Part shown: positions 28,748 through 38,004 of the stretch, in pieces
Layout: each line of letters begins with the position of its first letter
Numbering within the stretch: the stretch's first letter is position 1
Source of the DNA: an uncultured Planctomycetia bacterium
GTDB lineage: Bacteria; Omnitrophota; Gorgyraeia; 2-02-FULL-51-18
Assembly: GCA_964402785.1 (NCBI GenBank)
Contig: CAYODQ010000003.1
Location: 9,034-73,033 of the forward strand
Direction of reading: 5' to 3'
Length of the DNA: 64,000 bases
Translations under genes and position numbers: made by a program
The notes under the pieces: model-generated
Told to the model about the DNA's origin: nothing
The model's input: only the letters and a program-made list of their open reading frames with translations
Database searches by the model: none

Positions 28748-29229
28748 CAGACTTTAACCCCTTCAATTTCCAGTAATTTAACTTTTGTTTTCAATCCACC
28801 GGCATAGCCGCCGAGCGTACCGTCATGCGCGATCACGCGATGACAAGGCACGATGATAGCATGCGGATTACATCCATTGGCAGTGCCCACAGCACGCATC
28901 GCTTTCGATCTCCGAATACGTCCGGCTATATCTTTGTATGAAGCGGTTTGGCCATAGGGTATGCGCCGAAGCTCGCTCCACACCCTTTTTTGAAAAGCAG
29001 TTCCTTGGGCCTCGAGCGGCACCGTGAATTTTTTTCGCTGACCATCAAAATACTCTTCCAATTCTGAAACTGCTCGCTGCAATATCCTCACATGAGCTTT
29101 TTGTGATCTAAGATCAGACACCATGGGCACGTTTTGTCTTTCCCAAAATATGCCCTCAAGTCCCGTATCCGATGCCACTAGGTACAGCGATCCTATTTTA
29201 GATCTCATCCGCCACTGCGCTTTCGTCAT
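28747..29229 (-). CDS. ogt: Methylated-DNA--protein-cysteine methyltransferase
   Basis: GTAFQ..VW, IPYG, RAVG, PCHRV active site. Confidence 0.95.
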   Translation of the reverse strand: MTKAQWRMRSKIGSLYLVASDTGLEGIFWERQNVPMVSDLRSQKAHVRILQRAVSELEEYFDGQRKKFTVPLEAQGTAFQKRVWSELRRIPYGQTASYKDIAGRIRRSKAMRAVGTANGCNPHAIIVPCHRVIAHDGTLGGYAGGLKTKVKLLEIEGVKV

Positions 29230-30083
29230 GGTGTCACCTCTATAAAATACCGTAGTGCTTTTTCGTTGATAGTTTTATCCTGCCTGAATCCCATATGCCC
29301 CAGATCGGCGCGTCGCACCCACTCTAGCACTTGGCCGCCATTTTTTGGAATAAGCTCATTGGCATACTCCATCTGCTCGCTCATGGTGGGCCCCCAACTT
29401 TCGTCTTTATCGCCGCTGTACAGGAAAAACTGTGCGCCCTTGAGAGGCGCTTCGCCCAGCTGGCCCAAAGCCAGCATCTTAAAGAACTCGTCAGGCTCGG
29501 CTCCGGGGCTCTTCGCTTCGATCTTGAAGTTACGCGGGATCCCTCCGGAATGTGAGATAAATATATCGATGATGCGCTCATTTTTTGCATCCAGATAGGC
29601 TACTTCATAGCTCACTGCCGAGCCGCGCGAAAATCCGATATACCCCACACGGCTGAGATCATTTCCCGTCTTTTTCTGAATAAAGCTCAGCGCTTGCAAA
29701 ATATCACCGTATAGCTCTTCCGCCTTGAAAAATCCTGTCTTCGGCTTATACCAATTCATGGCGACCACCATATAGTCATGTGTCCTGGCCATAGGGATCT
29801 CGTCCTTAAGCTCTTCGTAGGGATTGCCACCGGTCCCATGCACCGCGACCATGATACGGCCCGATGCATATCCCGGAGGTATGTAATAAGCGAAAAAATT
29901 ATTCTTTTCGGGCCATATCACGACCTGCGCGCCCTCTTGTTTGACCTTTTCAAAACTGCGCGAGCGCTTCCATATCATGAGTGGATCATGATCGGCCACA
30001 ACAGCCCGACCGACGGGGGCGGCCTCAGAGACTGCTGTGAAGATGAATGACAGCACTATAAAAACCAGTGATTTTTTTATCAT
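29226..30083 (-). CDS. Secreted alpha/beta hydrolase
   Basis: HGTGG, GFSRG nucleophile elbow, GDKD, LGH; signal peptide. Confidence 0.75.
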   Translation of the reverse strand: MIKKSLVFIVLSFIFTAVSEAAPVGRAVVADHDPLMIWKRSRSFEKVKQEGAQVVIWPEKNNFFAYYIPPGYASGRIMVAVHGTGGNPYEELKDEIPMARTHDYMVVAMNWYKPKTGFFKAEELYGDILQALSFIQKKTGNDLSRVGYIGFSRGSAVSYEVAYLDAKNERIIDIFISHSGGIPRNFKIEAKSPGAEPDEFFKMLALGQLGEAPLKGAQFFLYSGDKDESWGPTMSEQMEYANELIPKNGGQVLEWVRRADLGHMGFRQDKTINEKALRYFIEVTP

Positions 30084-30128
30084 ATTCCTGAGACTATAAT
30101 ACCTCAAACCTCAGGTATAATGTCCACC

Positions 30129-31280
30129 ATGCTCTATCTGGCATGGTTTACTTTTCTGTATTGGCTGATCCGAGGGGCGGACCTCATCATAGGCACATTA
30201 TTTTGGGTGCCGCGCCTGCCTTGCGCGACAACGGGCCGGCAAGCCATGCATGGAAGCCCCAAAGTGAGCATCATTCTCGCTGCGCGCAATGAATCCAAAC
30301 ACCTTGGTGATGCTATTCAAAAGCTTCTCAAGCAGGATCATCCCAATTTCGAGATCATCGCCGTCAATGACCGCTCCGATGACGATACGCTATCTGTCCT
30401 GCAGGCGATCCCAGATCCGCGTCTTAAGATCGTCAACATCCAAACCCTGCCAAAAGGCTGGCTTGGCAAAACCCATGCTCTTTACCAAGCTTATCTGGTA
30501 TCGACGGGTGAGTGGCTGCTATTTACGGATGCCGATGTTAAATTTTCACCTGAGACGCTGACAGACTCACTCTATGCCATGTACGATCGCTCTCTGGATC
30601 ATCTGGCCATTTTTCCTAAAGTCGAGCTGTATACCTATCTCGAGACGATCTTCGTCGCCTATTTTTCGCTGACGTTTAACATGCGTTTTCGCACCTGGGC
30701 GGCACAGTTTCGCCGTTCGCGCGCGTACGTGGGTATCGGCGCCTTCAATCTTGTGCGCCGCTCGGCCTACGAAGCGATCGGGACTCACAGAACTATCGCA
30801 CTGGACATCGCCGATGACATGATGCTTGGAAAAAAAATAAAACAAGCTGGCTTCCGCCAAATGGGCATGAACGGTGCCAGCCACATCTCAGTGCGCTGGG
30901 TAGAAGGCGCTCGCGGCGTCATGAATAGCCTGCATAAGAATGGTTTCCGCGGGCTCGATTATAATTTACTGCATCTGATCGTGATCAGCTGCGGGATGCT
31001 TGTGGTCGACACACTTCCATTTGTTGGGCTCTTTTTCACCCAAGGAGATGTGTTTTATCTTTTTGTGGGAACTGTTATCTTCATCGGACTAGTTTACGCG
31101 GCAGGAGCTTTGTATATACCGGCCACCCTCTTGGCATATCCCGCTCACCCATTCGGAAGCCTGCTTTTTATGGCCATCCTTTGGCGCTCAGCGATCTCGG
31201 CTTTGAGCTCAGGCGGTGTTGGTTGGCGCGGAACTCACTACTCTCTCGACGAATTAAAGAAAAACTCTAAGCCGCTTTAA
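30129..31280 (+). CDS. Membrane family 2 glycosyltransferase
   Basis: AARNE, NDRSDD, GWLGK, FTDAD, ADD; C-terminal TM and WRG. Confidence 0.88.
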   Translation: MLYLAWFTFLYWLIRGADLIIGTLFWVPRLPCATTGRQAMHGSPKVSIILAARNESKHLGDAIQKLLKQDHPNFEIIAVNDRSDDDTLSVLQAIPDPRLKIVNIQTLPKGWLGKTHALYQAYLVSTGEWLLFTDADVKFSPETLTDSLYAMYDRSLDHLAIFPKVELYTYLETIFVAYFSLTFNMRFRTWAAQFRRSRAYVGIGAFNLVRRSAYEAIGTHRTIALDIADDMMLGKKIKQAGFRQMGMNGASHISVRWVEGARGVMNSLHKNGFRGLDYNLLHLIVISCGMLVVDTLPFVGLFFTQGDVFYLFVGTVIFIGLVYAAGALYIPATLLAYPAHPFGSLLFMAILWRSAISALSSGGVGWRGTHYSLDELKKNSKPL

Positions 31281-32100
31281 AAGCGTTTTGTAATTTATGA
31301 TCGGCAAATCCTTGCGGCGCTTTCTGATCGCGCACATATAAAAATAGAGCTGTGCGGTAGATCTCGGTCAATGTTTGGATGACCCCCGCTCCCATGACGA
31401 GGAGAAATGACCCCACTCCTGCGCTGATCATGCGCATCTGATCATCTTGAAAAAAATACACACCGCCCGCGATCACCGCGATACCCGGGATAGAAGCAAT
31501 GAACCTAAACACAAACATACTGATATTGGCGACGATCTGATGCCCCCATGTCTTTCCCAAAAGTGATGATGAGCGCCCCATCGCTCCAAATGGATTGGCA
31601 TTTTCGATCATGATAAGCGGCAGCACAAAAAACGTGAGCACATGAAAGGCGCCCTGCACTGCCCCACCGAACATTTTCTGGATCTTACCTTTGCGCTTGA
31701 ACATACCTGTGATGGTCATGAGGCAGGCATACACCACCACCCATATCATCAGACTGGGCAGGCGCTTCAGCGCATCAAATATCCCGGTGAACACATTGGG
31801 ATTACCGCCCTGAAGCCGGCGTGCCGCTGAACCTACGATAGCTGCGTTGAAGAATTGCCCGATCAAATGATAAGCGAAGATCAACGCTCCGCCCGCAATA
31901 TACAGTTTTTGACGATCCCCCTGAAGATCCTGCCGCACAGACTCAAATCCATCCGGATACAATACGATGAAATTCTTGTACGCAAAATAGATCAGCCCCA
32001 GCTTGCAAGCCATGGCTAGCAAAAAGAAAAGCGTGATCTCCATGTCTTTTTTCAGGACATGCCAGGACGCGCCCAGCATCTCAAACGTATCACCAAACAT
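31267..32100 (-). CDS. Conserved multi-pass membrane protein
   Basis: About 6 TM; FFNAA, RS..L..KTWG. Confidence 0.75.
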   Translation of the reverse strand: MFGDTFEMLGASWHVLKKDMEITLFFLLAMACKLGLIYFAYKNFIVLYPDGFESVRQDLQGDRQKLYIAGGALIFAYHLIGQFFNAAIVGSAARRLQGGNPNVFTGIFDALKRLPSLMIWVVVYACLMTITGMFKRKGKIQKMFGGAVQGAFHVLTFFVLPLIMIENANPFGAMGRSSSLLGKTWGHQIVANISMFVFRFIASIPGIAVIAGGVYFFQDDQMRMISAGVGSFLLVMGAGVIQTLTEIYRTALFLYVRDQKAPQGFADHKLQNAFKAA

Positions 32101-32116
32101 AAAACTAACCTCCGAG

Positions 32117-32611
32117 TTATCGTTGCTCCCTCAAAACAATATCCAATTTATCACTGATCGATGCATTTGCTTCTCTTTTAAACTCTGAAATTTGCGTTTT
32201 ATATTTGTGGCCCGCTGCGATCAAGCACTCCATAGCATAGGTACGCACGATCACATCTGAGTCAGAAAGCATCTTGAGATAGCCGTTCACGTCTTCGGGG
32301 GTAAATCGCCGCCCTCCACGTTGCTCCATGATACGCTGCGCGCTGATGAGAGCCAATGTTTTCAAAACAGGAGACTTGTCCTGCACCAAATACATCTCTA
32401 GTGCTGGGCGCGCAGATGGCCCCAGCGCAGCGATCTGATCCACTATCGCAGACTGATTGGCCATCGAACCATCTTGTTCAAATGCCATAAATATGCGACC
32501 TACTTCTGTGTCTATTTTTTTATCGTCAGGGGGCTTGTTCGCGCAAGAGGTGGCCATCATGCACAAGACGGCCGCATATATTGAAATTTTTAAAGATGAT
32601 TTAATGAACAA
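32117..32611 (-). CDS. Lipoprotein with HEAT-like repeats
   Basis: ATSC lipobox; LSDSDVIVRTYA. Confidence 0.65.
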   Translation of the reverse strand: MFIKSSLKISIYAAVLCMMATSCANKPPDDKKIDTEVGRIFMAFEQDGSMANQSAIVDQIAALGPSARPALEMYLVQDKSPVLKTLALISAQRIMEQRGGRRFTPEDVNGYLKMLSDSDVIVRTYAMECLIAAGHKYKTQISEFKREANASISDKLDIVLREQR

Positions 32612-32966
32612 CTTGTAAATTAGGATATTGCATTTTTTGGTAGCGACGAAAATTCTCTATAGCTGAAAGGAATTCGCGGCTCTGCAAATTATTCTGAACC
32701 ACACTTTGGTCGGCGCCCTGCCACACGTCCTCGACCCATTTCATCGCTTCCTGATGGGCCTTATCGTCCATCTCCTGATCCCAACTTTTCTTTTTACGGC
32801 TATAGTCTCTTAAAACTTCATTGTAGCGGCGAGTGTACTCGTGCACCATGCATTCCGTGGCTTGATCAGAAAGCGCTGCCTTCTGAAGAGAAGCCAAACC
32901 TTCCAACGCATACGCTGGCGAAACAAACATCGTGGTAAATACTGCAAAAACGATCGCTTTTCTCAT
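32601..32966 (-). CDS. Secreted hypothetical protein
   Basis: MRKAIVF..AYA signal peptide; ATG 6 nt after TATAAT. Confidence 0.6.
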   Translation of the reverse strand: MRKAIVFAVFTTMFVSPAYALEGLASLQKAALSDQATECMVHEYTRRYNEVLRDYSRKKKSWDQEMDDKAHQEAMKWVEDVWQGADQSVVQNNLQSREFLSAIENFRRYQKMQYPNLQVVH

Positions 32967-32998
32967 GCCGCGATTATACCACGGCAAAAAAAATTCCA

Positions 32999-33847
32999 TC
33001 AGTCGTCTAGCTCAGTGTCCCCCGAGCGTGTGGGCCTAAATGAAGTTACGGCCTCGGTCTCTTGGATGAACCTACATACGCGGTTGCGTCCTGTGCGTTT
33101 AGCCCTAAACAGCGCACGATCCGCGCGATCGATAAACCCCTCTGGTGAAACTTCATATGTTTTATCCAGCTCCCAAAGCCCGATGCTTACTGATAAATGC
33201 ATAGGATTTTTGAGCACCATGAACAGATGCTCCGATATGGCCACCCGCAGCCTCTCAGCCACAGCCTCGGCTCTCTCGGTGGAAGTCGCCGGCAAAATAG
33301 CCAAAAACTCATCCCCGCCGTAACGCCCTAAGATATCGATACGACGCAATTGGTGTTTCATGATCTCGCCGCATTCGCGCAACACCACATCGCCGGCCAG
33401 GTGCCCATGACGCTCATTGATCTCTTTGAAATTATCCACGTCGATCATCAACCCGCACAACGGCTGCCCGTGACGCCTAGCACGCTCGATTTCCAGCGAA
33501 AGCTCGCCAAATAAATGCCGGTGATTGTACAAACCGGTGAGATCATCGTGATTGGCAAGATCGCGCACGGACGTAAGTGTTTTGTTGAGAGCTTGCGCTC
33601 TTTCTGACAGATGATCACAAAGAAGACCCAGAACAAAACCCAATGCGCCAAAAAACAGAGGTGTTAGATAAAGCGTATAAAAATAAAAGAACGAATGCTT
33701 GGCTATCTCCTGCTGCATAGCAGCCTCGGTCCATCCGCCCGTTTGCACCACTCGCAAAACAAAAGCACCTACCGGCGCACCCAATCCAAGCAAAGCGCCA
33801 GCCACCATCCCCCAAAGCCGATACCGAAACTGATGTTTGAGCTGCAT
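32999..33847 (-). CDS. Membrane-bound diguanylate cyclase
   Basis: 2 TM, DDLTGLYN, RRID I-site, GGDEF. Confidence 0.93.
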   Translation of the reverse strand: MQLKHQFRYRLWGMVAGALLGLGAPVGAFVLRVVQTGGWTEAAMQQEIAKHSFFYFYTLYLTPLFFGALGFVLGLLCDHLSERAQALNKTLTSVRDLANHDDLTGLYNHRHLFGELSLEIERARRHGQPLCGLMIDVDNFKEINERHGHLAGDVVLRECGEIMKHQLRRIDILGRYGGDEFLAILPATSTERAEAVAERLRVAISEHLFMVLKNPMHLSVSIGLWELDKTYEVSPEGFIDRADRALFRAKRTGRNRVCRFIQETEAVTSFRPTRSGDTELDD

Positions 33848-33911
33848 GTTAGCGCCCTCACTTGTAACTTACGGTTACAGTTAAAGCGTATCACGGATAA
33901 CTTTTTTAGAC

Positions 33912-33927
33912 TGTGACGCCTGTCACG
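33912..33927. promoter_or_regulatory. CRP/FNR-family binding site
   Basis: TGTGA-cgcctg-TCACG, 21 nt from a minus-strand TACGCT -10 (33885-33890). Confidence 0.6.
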
Positions 33928-33982
33928 AATACCAAATACGCTGGATTAAACCGGATGGATGAATTAAGGTGATAGGACTTGA

Positions 33983-34438
33983 TTAAGGTTTGTGAGATTT
34001 TTTGCCGGCTAATGGCCGTACAAGCCTCTCCGTCCAGTCTTCAATGAACTGAAAAAACGACAAAATAATAAGCGTCACCACGGACAATGTGACCGCCATC
34101 ATGTACCTTCCAAATCCAATAGACGCGCCGATAGCTGCCAGGATCCACACCACGGAAGCCGAGGTCATCCCCTGCACCGCCCCCTGGCGCGTCATGATCG
34201 CACCGGCACCTAAGAAACCAATTCCCGTGACCACTTGCCCAAGTACGCGCGTGGCATCCTTTTCGCCGCCCACGACGGTTTCTCCGAGATAAATAAAAGC
34301 CATCGTTCCAAGGCACACCAAAATACTCGTTCGAATATCGATCGGTTTTTTATGCCATTGACGCTCGGCACCAACCAGAAACCCGCATACGATCGAATAA
34401 GCAATTTTGATCAGAAGAATTTTTTCAAACTCACTCAC
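33983..34438 (-). CDS. MgtC/SapB family protein
   Basis: GAER, IRT..LV, QVVTGIGFLGAG; GTG start behind GGAGG. Confidence 0.92.
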   Translation of the reverse strand: MSEFEKILLIKIAYSIVCGFLVGAERQWHKKPIDIRTSILVCLGTMAFIYLGETVVGGEKDATRVLGQVVTGIGFLGAGAIMTRQGAVQGMTSASVVWILAAIGASIGFGRYMMAVTLSVVTLIILSFFQFIEDWTERLVRPLAGKKSHKP

Positions 34439-34456
34439 GGACAACCTCCCTTTGTT

Positions 34457-34903
34457 TCAAGATCTTCTAATATTCTGAATCAGCTGATCCAATCCCTGAA
34501 GAAACCGAGAGCGGTCTTCTTTTGAAAACGGCGCCGGTCCACCCAAATTGTCCCCCGAGCCGCGCAGCACATGCAGCAGATCGCGAGTAGCGAGGATACT
34601 GCCAATATTCTGCTCGTCATAAATCTTCCCTTGTGATCCTATCACCTGCGCCCCTGTTTTTAAGCTGCGATGTACCAGCGGTATATCCGCTGTGACCACA
34701 ATATCGCCTTTGGCCAGATGCTCCACGATCCAGTCATCCGCCGCGTCAAAATTCCCCTCCACCACTTCTAATCTTGCACCCCATTCTTCGGGTAGCCGCA
34801 TCCAAGAGTTGGATACAAAGATCACTTCGAGCTTATACCGCTTGGCGACACGGATGACTTCCGGCTTCACCGGACAAGCATCCGCGTCGACGTAGATGAT
34901 CAC
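34457..34903 (-). CDS. YaiI/YqxD (DUF188) family protein
   Basis: IYVDADACPVK, DAADDWI, VTADIPL. Confidence 0.92.
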   Translation of the reverse strand: MIIYVDADACPVKPEVIRVAKRYKLEVIFVSNSWMRLPEEWGARLEVVEGNFDAADDWIVEHLAKGDIVVTADIPLVHRSLKTGAQVIGSQGKIYDEQNIGSILATRDLLHVLRGSGDNLGGPAPFSKEDRSRFLQGLDQLIQNIRRS

Positions 34904-35058
34904 TATTTTTTCATTAACTTCTGCACGCCTGCAGAAGCCCAAGAAATAGACGTATCAACCGCCGAGCCGACAATTTCCCCCACCGTTTTTGGCTTGGGTG
35001 CTGTGGCACATCCTGTAAGAAAACTCGTTAGCAAAATGATCGTCATTAATTTACTCAT
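34903..35058 (-). CDS. Small lipoprotein (51 aa)
   Basis: MSKLMTIILLTSFLTGCATAPKPKTVGEIVGSAVDTSISWASAGVQKLMKK; LTGC lipobox; stop overlaps the yaiI GTG. Confidence 0.7.
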   Translation of the reverse strand: MSKLMTIILLTSFLTGCATAPKPKTVGEIVGSAVDTSISWASAGVQKLMKK

Positions 35059-35085
35059 GGCGGGTATTATAACAGGTGGCACCTT

Positions 35086-35571
35086 TCATCGGTTGAGCCA
35101 CCACAAGGCTGCGTTCAGATACGACGCGAAGCTGACCCATAGAAGATAAGGCACCAGCAGGCATCCCGCTATTTTGTCGGTGCGTAAGGTCTTTGTTGTC
35201 AGCAGTACCAAGCACACCCAAAGAAGCACTATATCAACGAGACCCGCCAATGGCTGACGCATCCCAAAGAATAAAAATGACCATATTCCGTTCAGAAAAA
35301 GTTGCGCCACATACAACATTTTAAGCCGTCGTGTGTCCGAGCTCGCCGCACCCCAAATACGCCACCCCGCAACCGCTATAAAAATATAAAGCGTCGTCCA
35401 CACGGGCCCAAACACCCAGCTGGGCGGATTAAGCGGAGGCTTTTGAAGTCCCACATACCAGTCCTTGAGCGATGAGGCCGTGGACAGCCCTCCGGCAGCG
35501 CCTATCAATAAACACAGAAGCACAAAAATGAACAGGCTCACGAAGCGTCGAGTGGCCGGGGTTGTCATCAA
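35086..35571 (-). CDS. tspO: TspO/MBR tryptophan-rich sensory protein
   Basis: WY..L.KP...PP.WVFGPVWT, WSFLFFG, PYLLWVSFA. Confidence 0.93.
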   Translation of the reverse strand: MMTTPATRRFVSLFIFVLLCLLIGAAGGLSTASSLKDWYVGLQKPPLNPPSWVFGPVWTTLYIFIAVAGWRIWGAASSDTRRLKMLYVAQLFLNGIWSFLFFGMRQPLAGLVDIVLLWVCLVLLTTKTLRTDKIAGCLLVPYLLWVSFASYLNAALWWLNR

Positions 35572-35783
35572 TGCTTACGAAAAAATTTCAATATAAGAGT
35601 AAGAAGGACGCTGACAACGATGCAAGTCGTGATGGGGAAATAAAACGAGAAATTCTCGCGCTTGATGGCGATGTCCCCCGGCAGCCGGCCCAGCCAGGGC
35701 AGCAAATTGAAAGACACCACAACACCGACGGTAAAAACGACGAAACCCAAAGCCATTAGAAGTTTGCCGAATGAAGGGTCCAT
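35568..35783 (-). CDS. DUF2905 family small membrane protein
   Basis: LGRLPGDI...FYFPITT. Confidence 0.88.
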   Translation of the reverse strand: MDPSFGKLLMALGFVVFTVGVVVSFNLLPWLGRLPGDIAIKRENFSFYFPITTCIVVSVLLTLILKFFRKH

Positions 35784-35790
35784 GGGGTGA

Positions 35791-36885
35791 TTACAGGCGG
35801 TATGCGTCCTCTGCTGCGAACGCATAGTCTGTGTACCCTTTATCGGTTCCGCCGTAAAATGTGCTTTCATCCCATGCATTGAGCGGCAAACCTGCCTCAA
35901 AGCGCTTGGGCAGATCCGGATTAGCCAGGAACAATTTGCCAAACACGATGAGATCCGCGCTGTTCTTTGCAAGTGCCGCCTCGGCTGTATCGCGTGTGTA
36001 GCCGCCACATGTCAGAAAGGCTCCCTTGAAACATTTACGAAGCTCGGCGGTATCGACCACCTTGGCGCCATGCCGGATATCTGACTCATCCGGTTCGACG
36101 ACATGAAGATAGCTTAGCCCCAGCTCGGATATCTTTTGCGTAAAATAATTAAAATGCGCCTGCGGATCGGAGTCGCTCATAGAATTGAATGTACCGCTGG
36201 GCGAAAAACGCAGCCCCACACGATCCTTCCCCATCACATCTGAAACCGCTTTGGCCACTTCCAATAGAAGCCGTGCGCGGTTTTCAACCGAACCGCCGTA
36301 CATATCCGTGCGCTGATTGACCCCATCCCTCAAAAATTGATCGATGAGATAGCCATTGGCTCCGTGTATCTCGACGCCGTCAAATCCCGCAGCCTTGGCT
36401 CGCCTTGTACCCTCAGCAAAAAGAGCCGGGATAGCCTGCGTCTCCTCGGTCGTGAGTGCTCGCGGTGTCTCGTAGGCTTGCATGCCCGTAGGCGTGTACA
36501 GCTGCCCCGGTATCGCCACTGCCGATGCAGAGACGGGAAGCTCTCCGCCAAGATACGATGAATGTGACACGCGTCCGCAATGCCAAAGCTGCAAATAAAT
36601 CAGCCCGCCGGAGGCGTGCACGACGTCGGTTATCTTGCGCCAGGCCGCCACCTGCGCGTCATTGTATATACCCGGAGTTGCCGGATACCCCACACCCTTG
36701 GCCGTGACGACCGTAGCCTCCGTGATGATAAGCCCCGCCCCCGCCCTTTGTTTGTAGTAGGTGGTCATCATCGGTGTCGGCACACGCGTAGCCATATCCG
36801 CCCGACAACGCGTCAAAGGCGCCATCACAAGACGATTTTTGAGAGTATGTGGCCCTAATCGAAAAGAACTTAAAAGTAATGACAT
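35791..36885 (-). CDS. Old yellow enzyme family alkene reductase (NemA-like)
   Basis: MAPLTR, QLWH, EIHGANGYLIDQF, FLANPDL, GYTDY. Confidence 0.95.
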   Translation of the reverse strand: MSLLLSSFRLGPHTLKNRLVMAPLTRCRADMATRVPTPMMTTYYKQRAGAGLIITEATVVTAKGVGYPATPGIYNDAQVAAWRKITDVVHASGGLIYLQLWHCGRVSHSSYLGGELPVSASAVAIPGQLYTPTGMQAYETPRALTTEETQAIPALFAEGTRRAKAAGFDGVEIHGANGYLIDQFLRDGVNQRTDMYGGSVENRARLLLEVAKAVSDVMGKDRVGLRFSPSGTFNSMSDSDPQAHFNYFTQKISELGLSYLHVVEPDESDIRHGAKVVDTAELRKCFKGAFLTCGGYTRDTAEAALAKNSADLIVFGKLFLANPDLPKRFEAGLPLNAWDESTFYGGTDKGYTDYAFAAEDAYRL

Positions 36886-36960
36886 GGCAGCTCCTGGTTG
36901 AGGGGGTTATTGTAACATGTCAGCTATAACCCAAGAAGCCGGGCGGCGGGTCCTGTAATC

Positions 36961-37062
36961 GTGCTGAGTTCGGGGTCCTGCCGCTGCGCCAGCTCGTCCG
37001 CCTATGCGGCGGCCAAGCGCTCTGGCTCCGCGTCACCCCTCACCTCGTCCAAATCCTCGCAC
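36961..37062. repeat. GC-rich hairpin element resembling the tRNA-linked repeat at 8.8 kb
   Basis: Shared blocks cctg(c)cgctgcgc, gctccgsgtc, tcrcctcg, caaatcc; closing stem gtgc..gag / ctcgcac. Confidence 0.45.
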
Positions 37063-37119
37063 AACATGGTCCGGTGCCACCTGCTGCTTGGGTTAAATCT
37101 GAAAAAAATCGCTAACGTG

Positions 37120-37143
37120 TCCCTTTGGGACGGGGTACGGTAT
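37120..37143 (+). repeat. Left copy of the inverted 24-bp motif flanking the island operon
   Basis: tccctttgggacggggtacggtat versus the reverse complement of 42409-42432, tcccggtgggacggcgttcggtat (20/24). Confidence 0.65.
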
Positions 37144-37176
37144 TCGACGGACTGCGTCCGGTATGCGGTATGATAG

Positions 37177-38004
37177 CTAATTCGAAACACCATTCTCAAT
37201 ATATATTTGAAAGTTCGTCACCAATAACTCTAAAAAACTCTCTCTTCTTGCTGGATCTGCAGCAATCCCACTAAACCTCGAGATTTCGTTTTTATAGAAC
37301 TGACCATCATAAAGTTCCTTTATCATAGGATGAGCTGCATTACTTACTATGACGTACGCTCCCCTATTACTCAAGCTGGCGGCATATTTAGATAGTCGTA
37401 ATTCATCGATCTGCGAAAACAGCTTTGAGTTATACTTAATAAACCCATTTTTTAAATGGCTTGTCACATAAGGTGGATCAAAATAGACCAAGTCCTCCTT
37501 CTGTGCATCTTTAACGACATCTTCGAAGTCTGCGCAGACGATTTTTGAATTCTTTAGTAATCGACTTGCTTGTCGTAGATGTTCCTCCTGATATACCAGC
37601 TTATCCTTTGTGAGGTTACCGCTAGGCACATTAAAATTTCCTTTATTATTCACTCTATAGAGGCCATTCCAGCAGGTTTTGTTCAAATATATGAAGTATG
37701 CCGCGCGCTTTATGTAGTCTGCTTTCGAGTAGCTATGATCTCTAATTTTATAATATGTGTCTTTATCAACTTGTAGTCTCTTTAGAATTTTTATAACGGT
37801 GTCACAGTGTCTCTTCACCTGCTTATAACAATTGATGAGATCGGGATTCGTATCAGATAGGACTGATTTGGGGGGTTCTAATGCAAAAAATAGACAGCCA
37901 CTGCCTACAAACGGCTCGTAATAGGTCTTATATTCTGGTAGGCGATCCTTAATTAAAGGTGTTAACCATCTCTTTCCGCCTGCCCACTTAAGAAATGATA
38001 GCAT
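37177..38004 (-). CDS. Dam-family (D12 class) N6-adenine DNA methyltransferase
   Basis: FLKWAGGK, EPFVGSG, NGLYRVN..GNFNVP, DPPY. Confidence 0.93.
   Translation of the reverse strand: MLSFLKWAGGKRWLTPLIKDRLPEYKTYYEPFVGSGCLFFALEPPKSVLSDTNPDLINCYKQVKRHCDTVIKILKRLQVDKDTYYKIRDHSYSKADYIKRAAYFIYLNKTCWNGLYRVNNKGNFNVPSGNLTKDKLVYQEEHLRQASRLLKNSKIVCADFEDVVKDAQKEDLVYFDPPYVTSHLKNGFIKYNSKLFSQIDELRLSKYAASLSNRGAYVIVSNAAHPMIKELYDGQFYKNEISRFSGIAADPARRESFLELLVTNFQIYIENGVSN

Noticed and set aside
35784-36008. Long version of the DUF2905 ORF
   Set aside because: Lies inside the OYE gene in another frame; family similarity starts at 35783.
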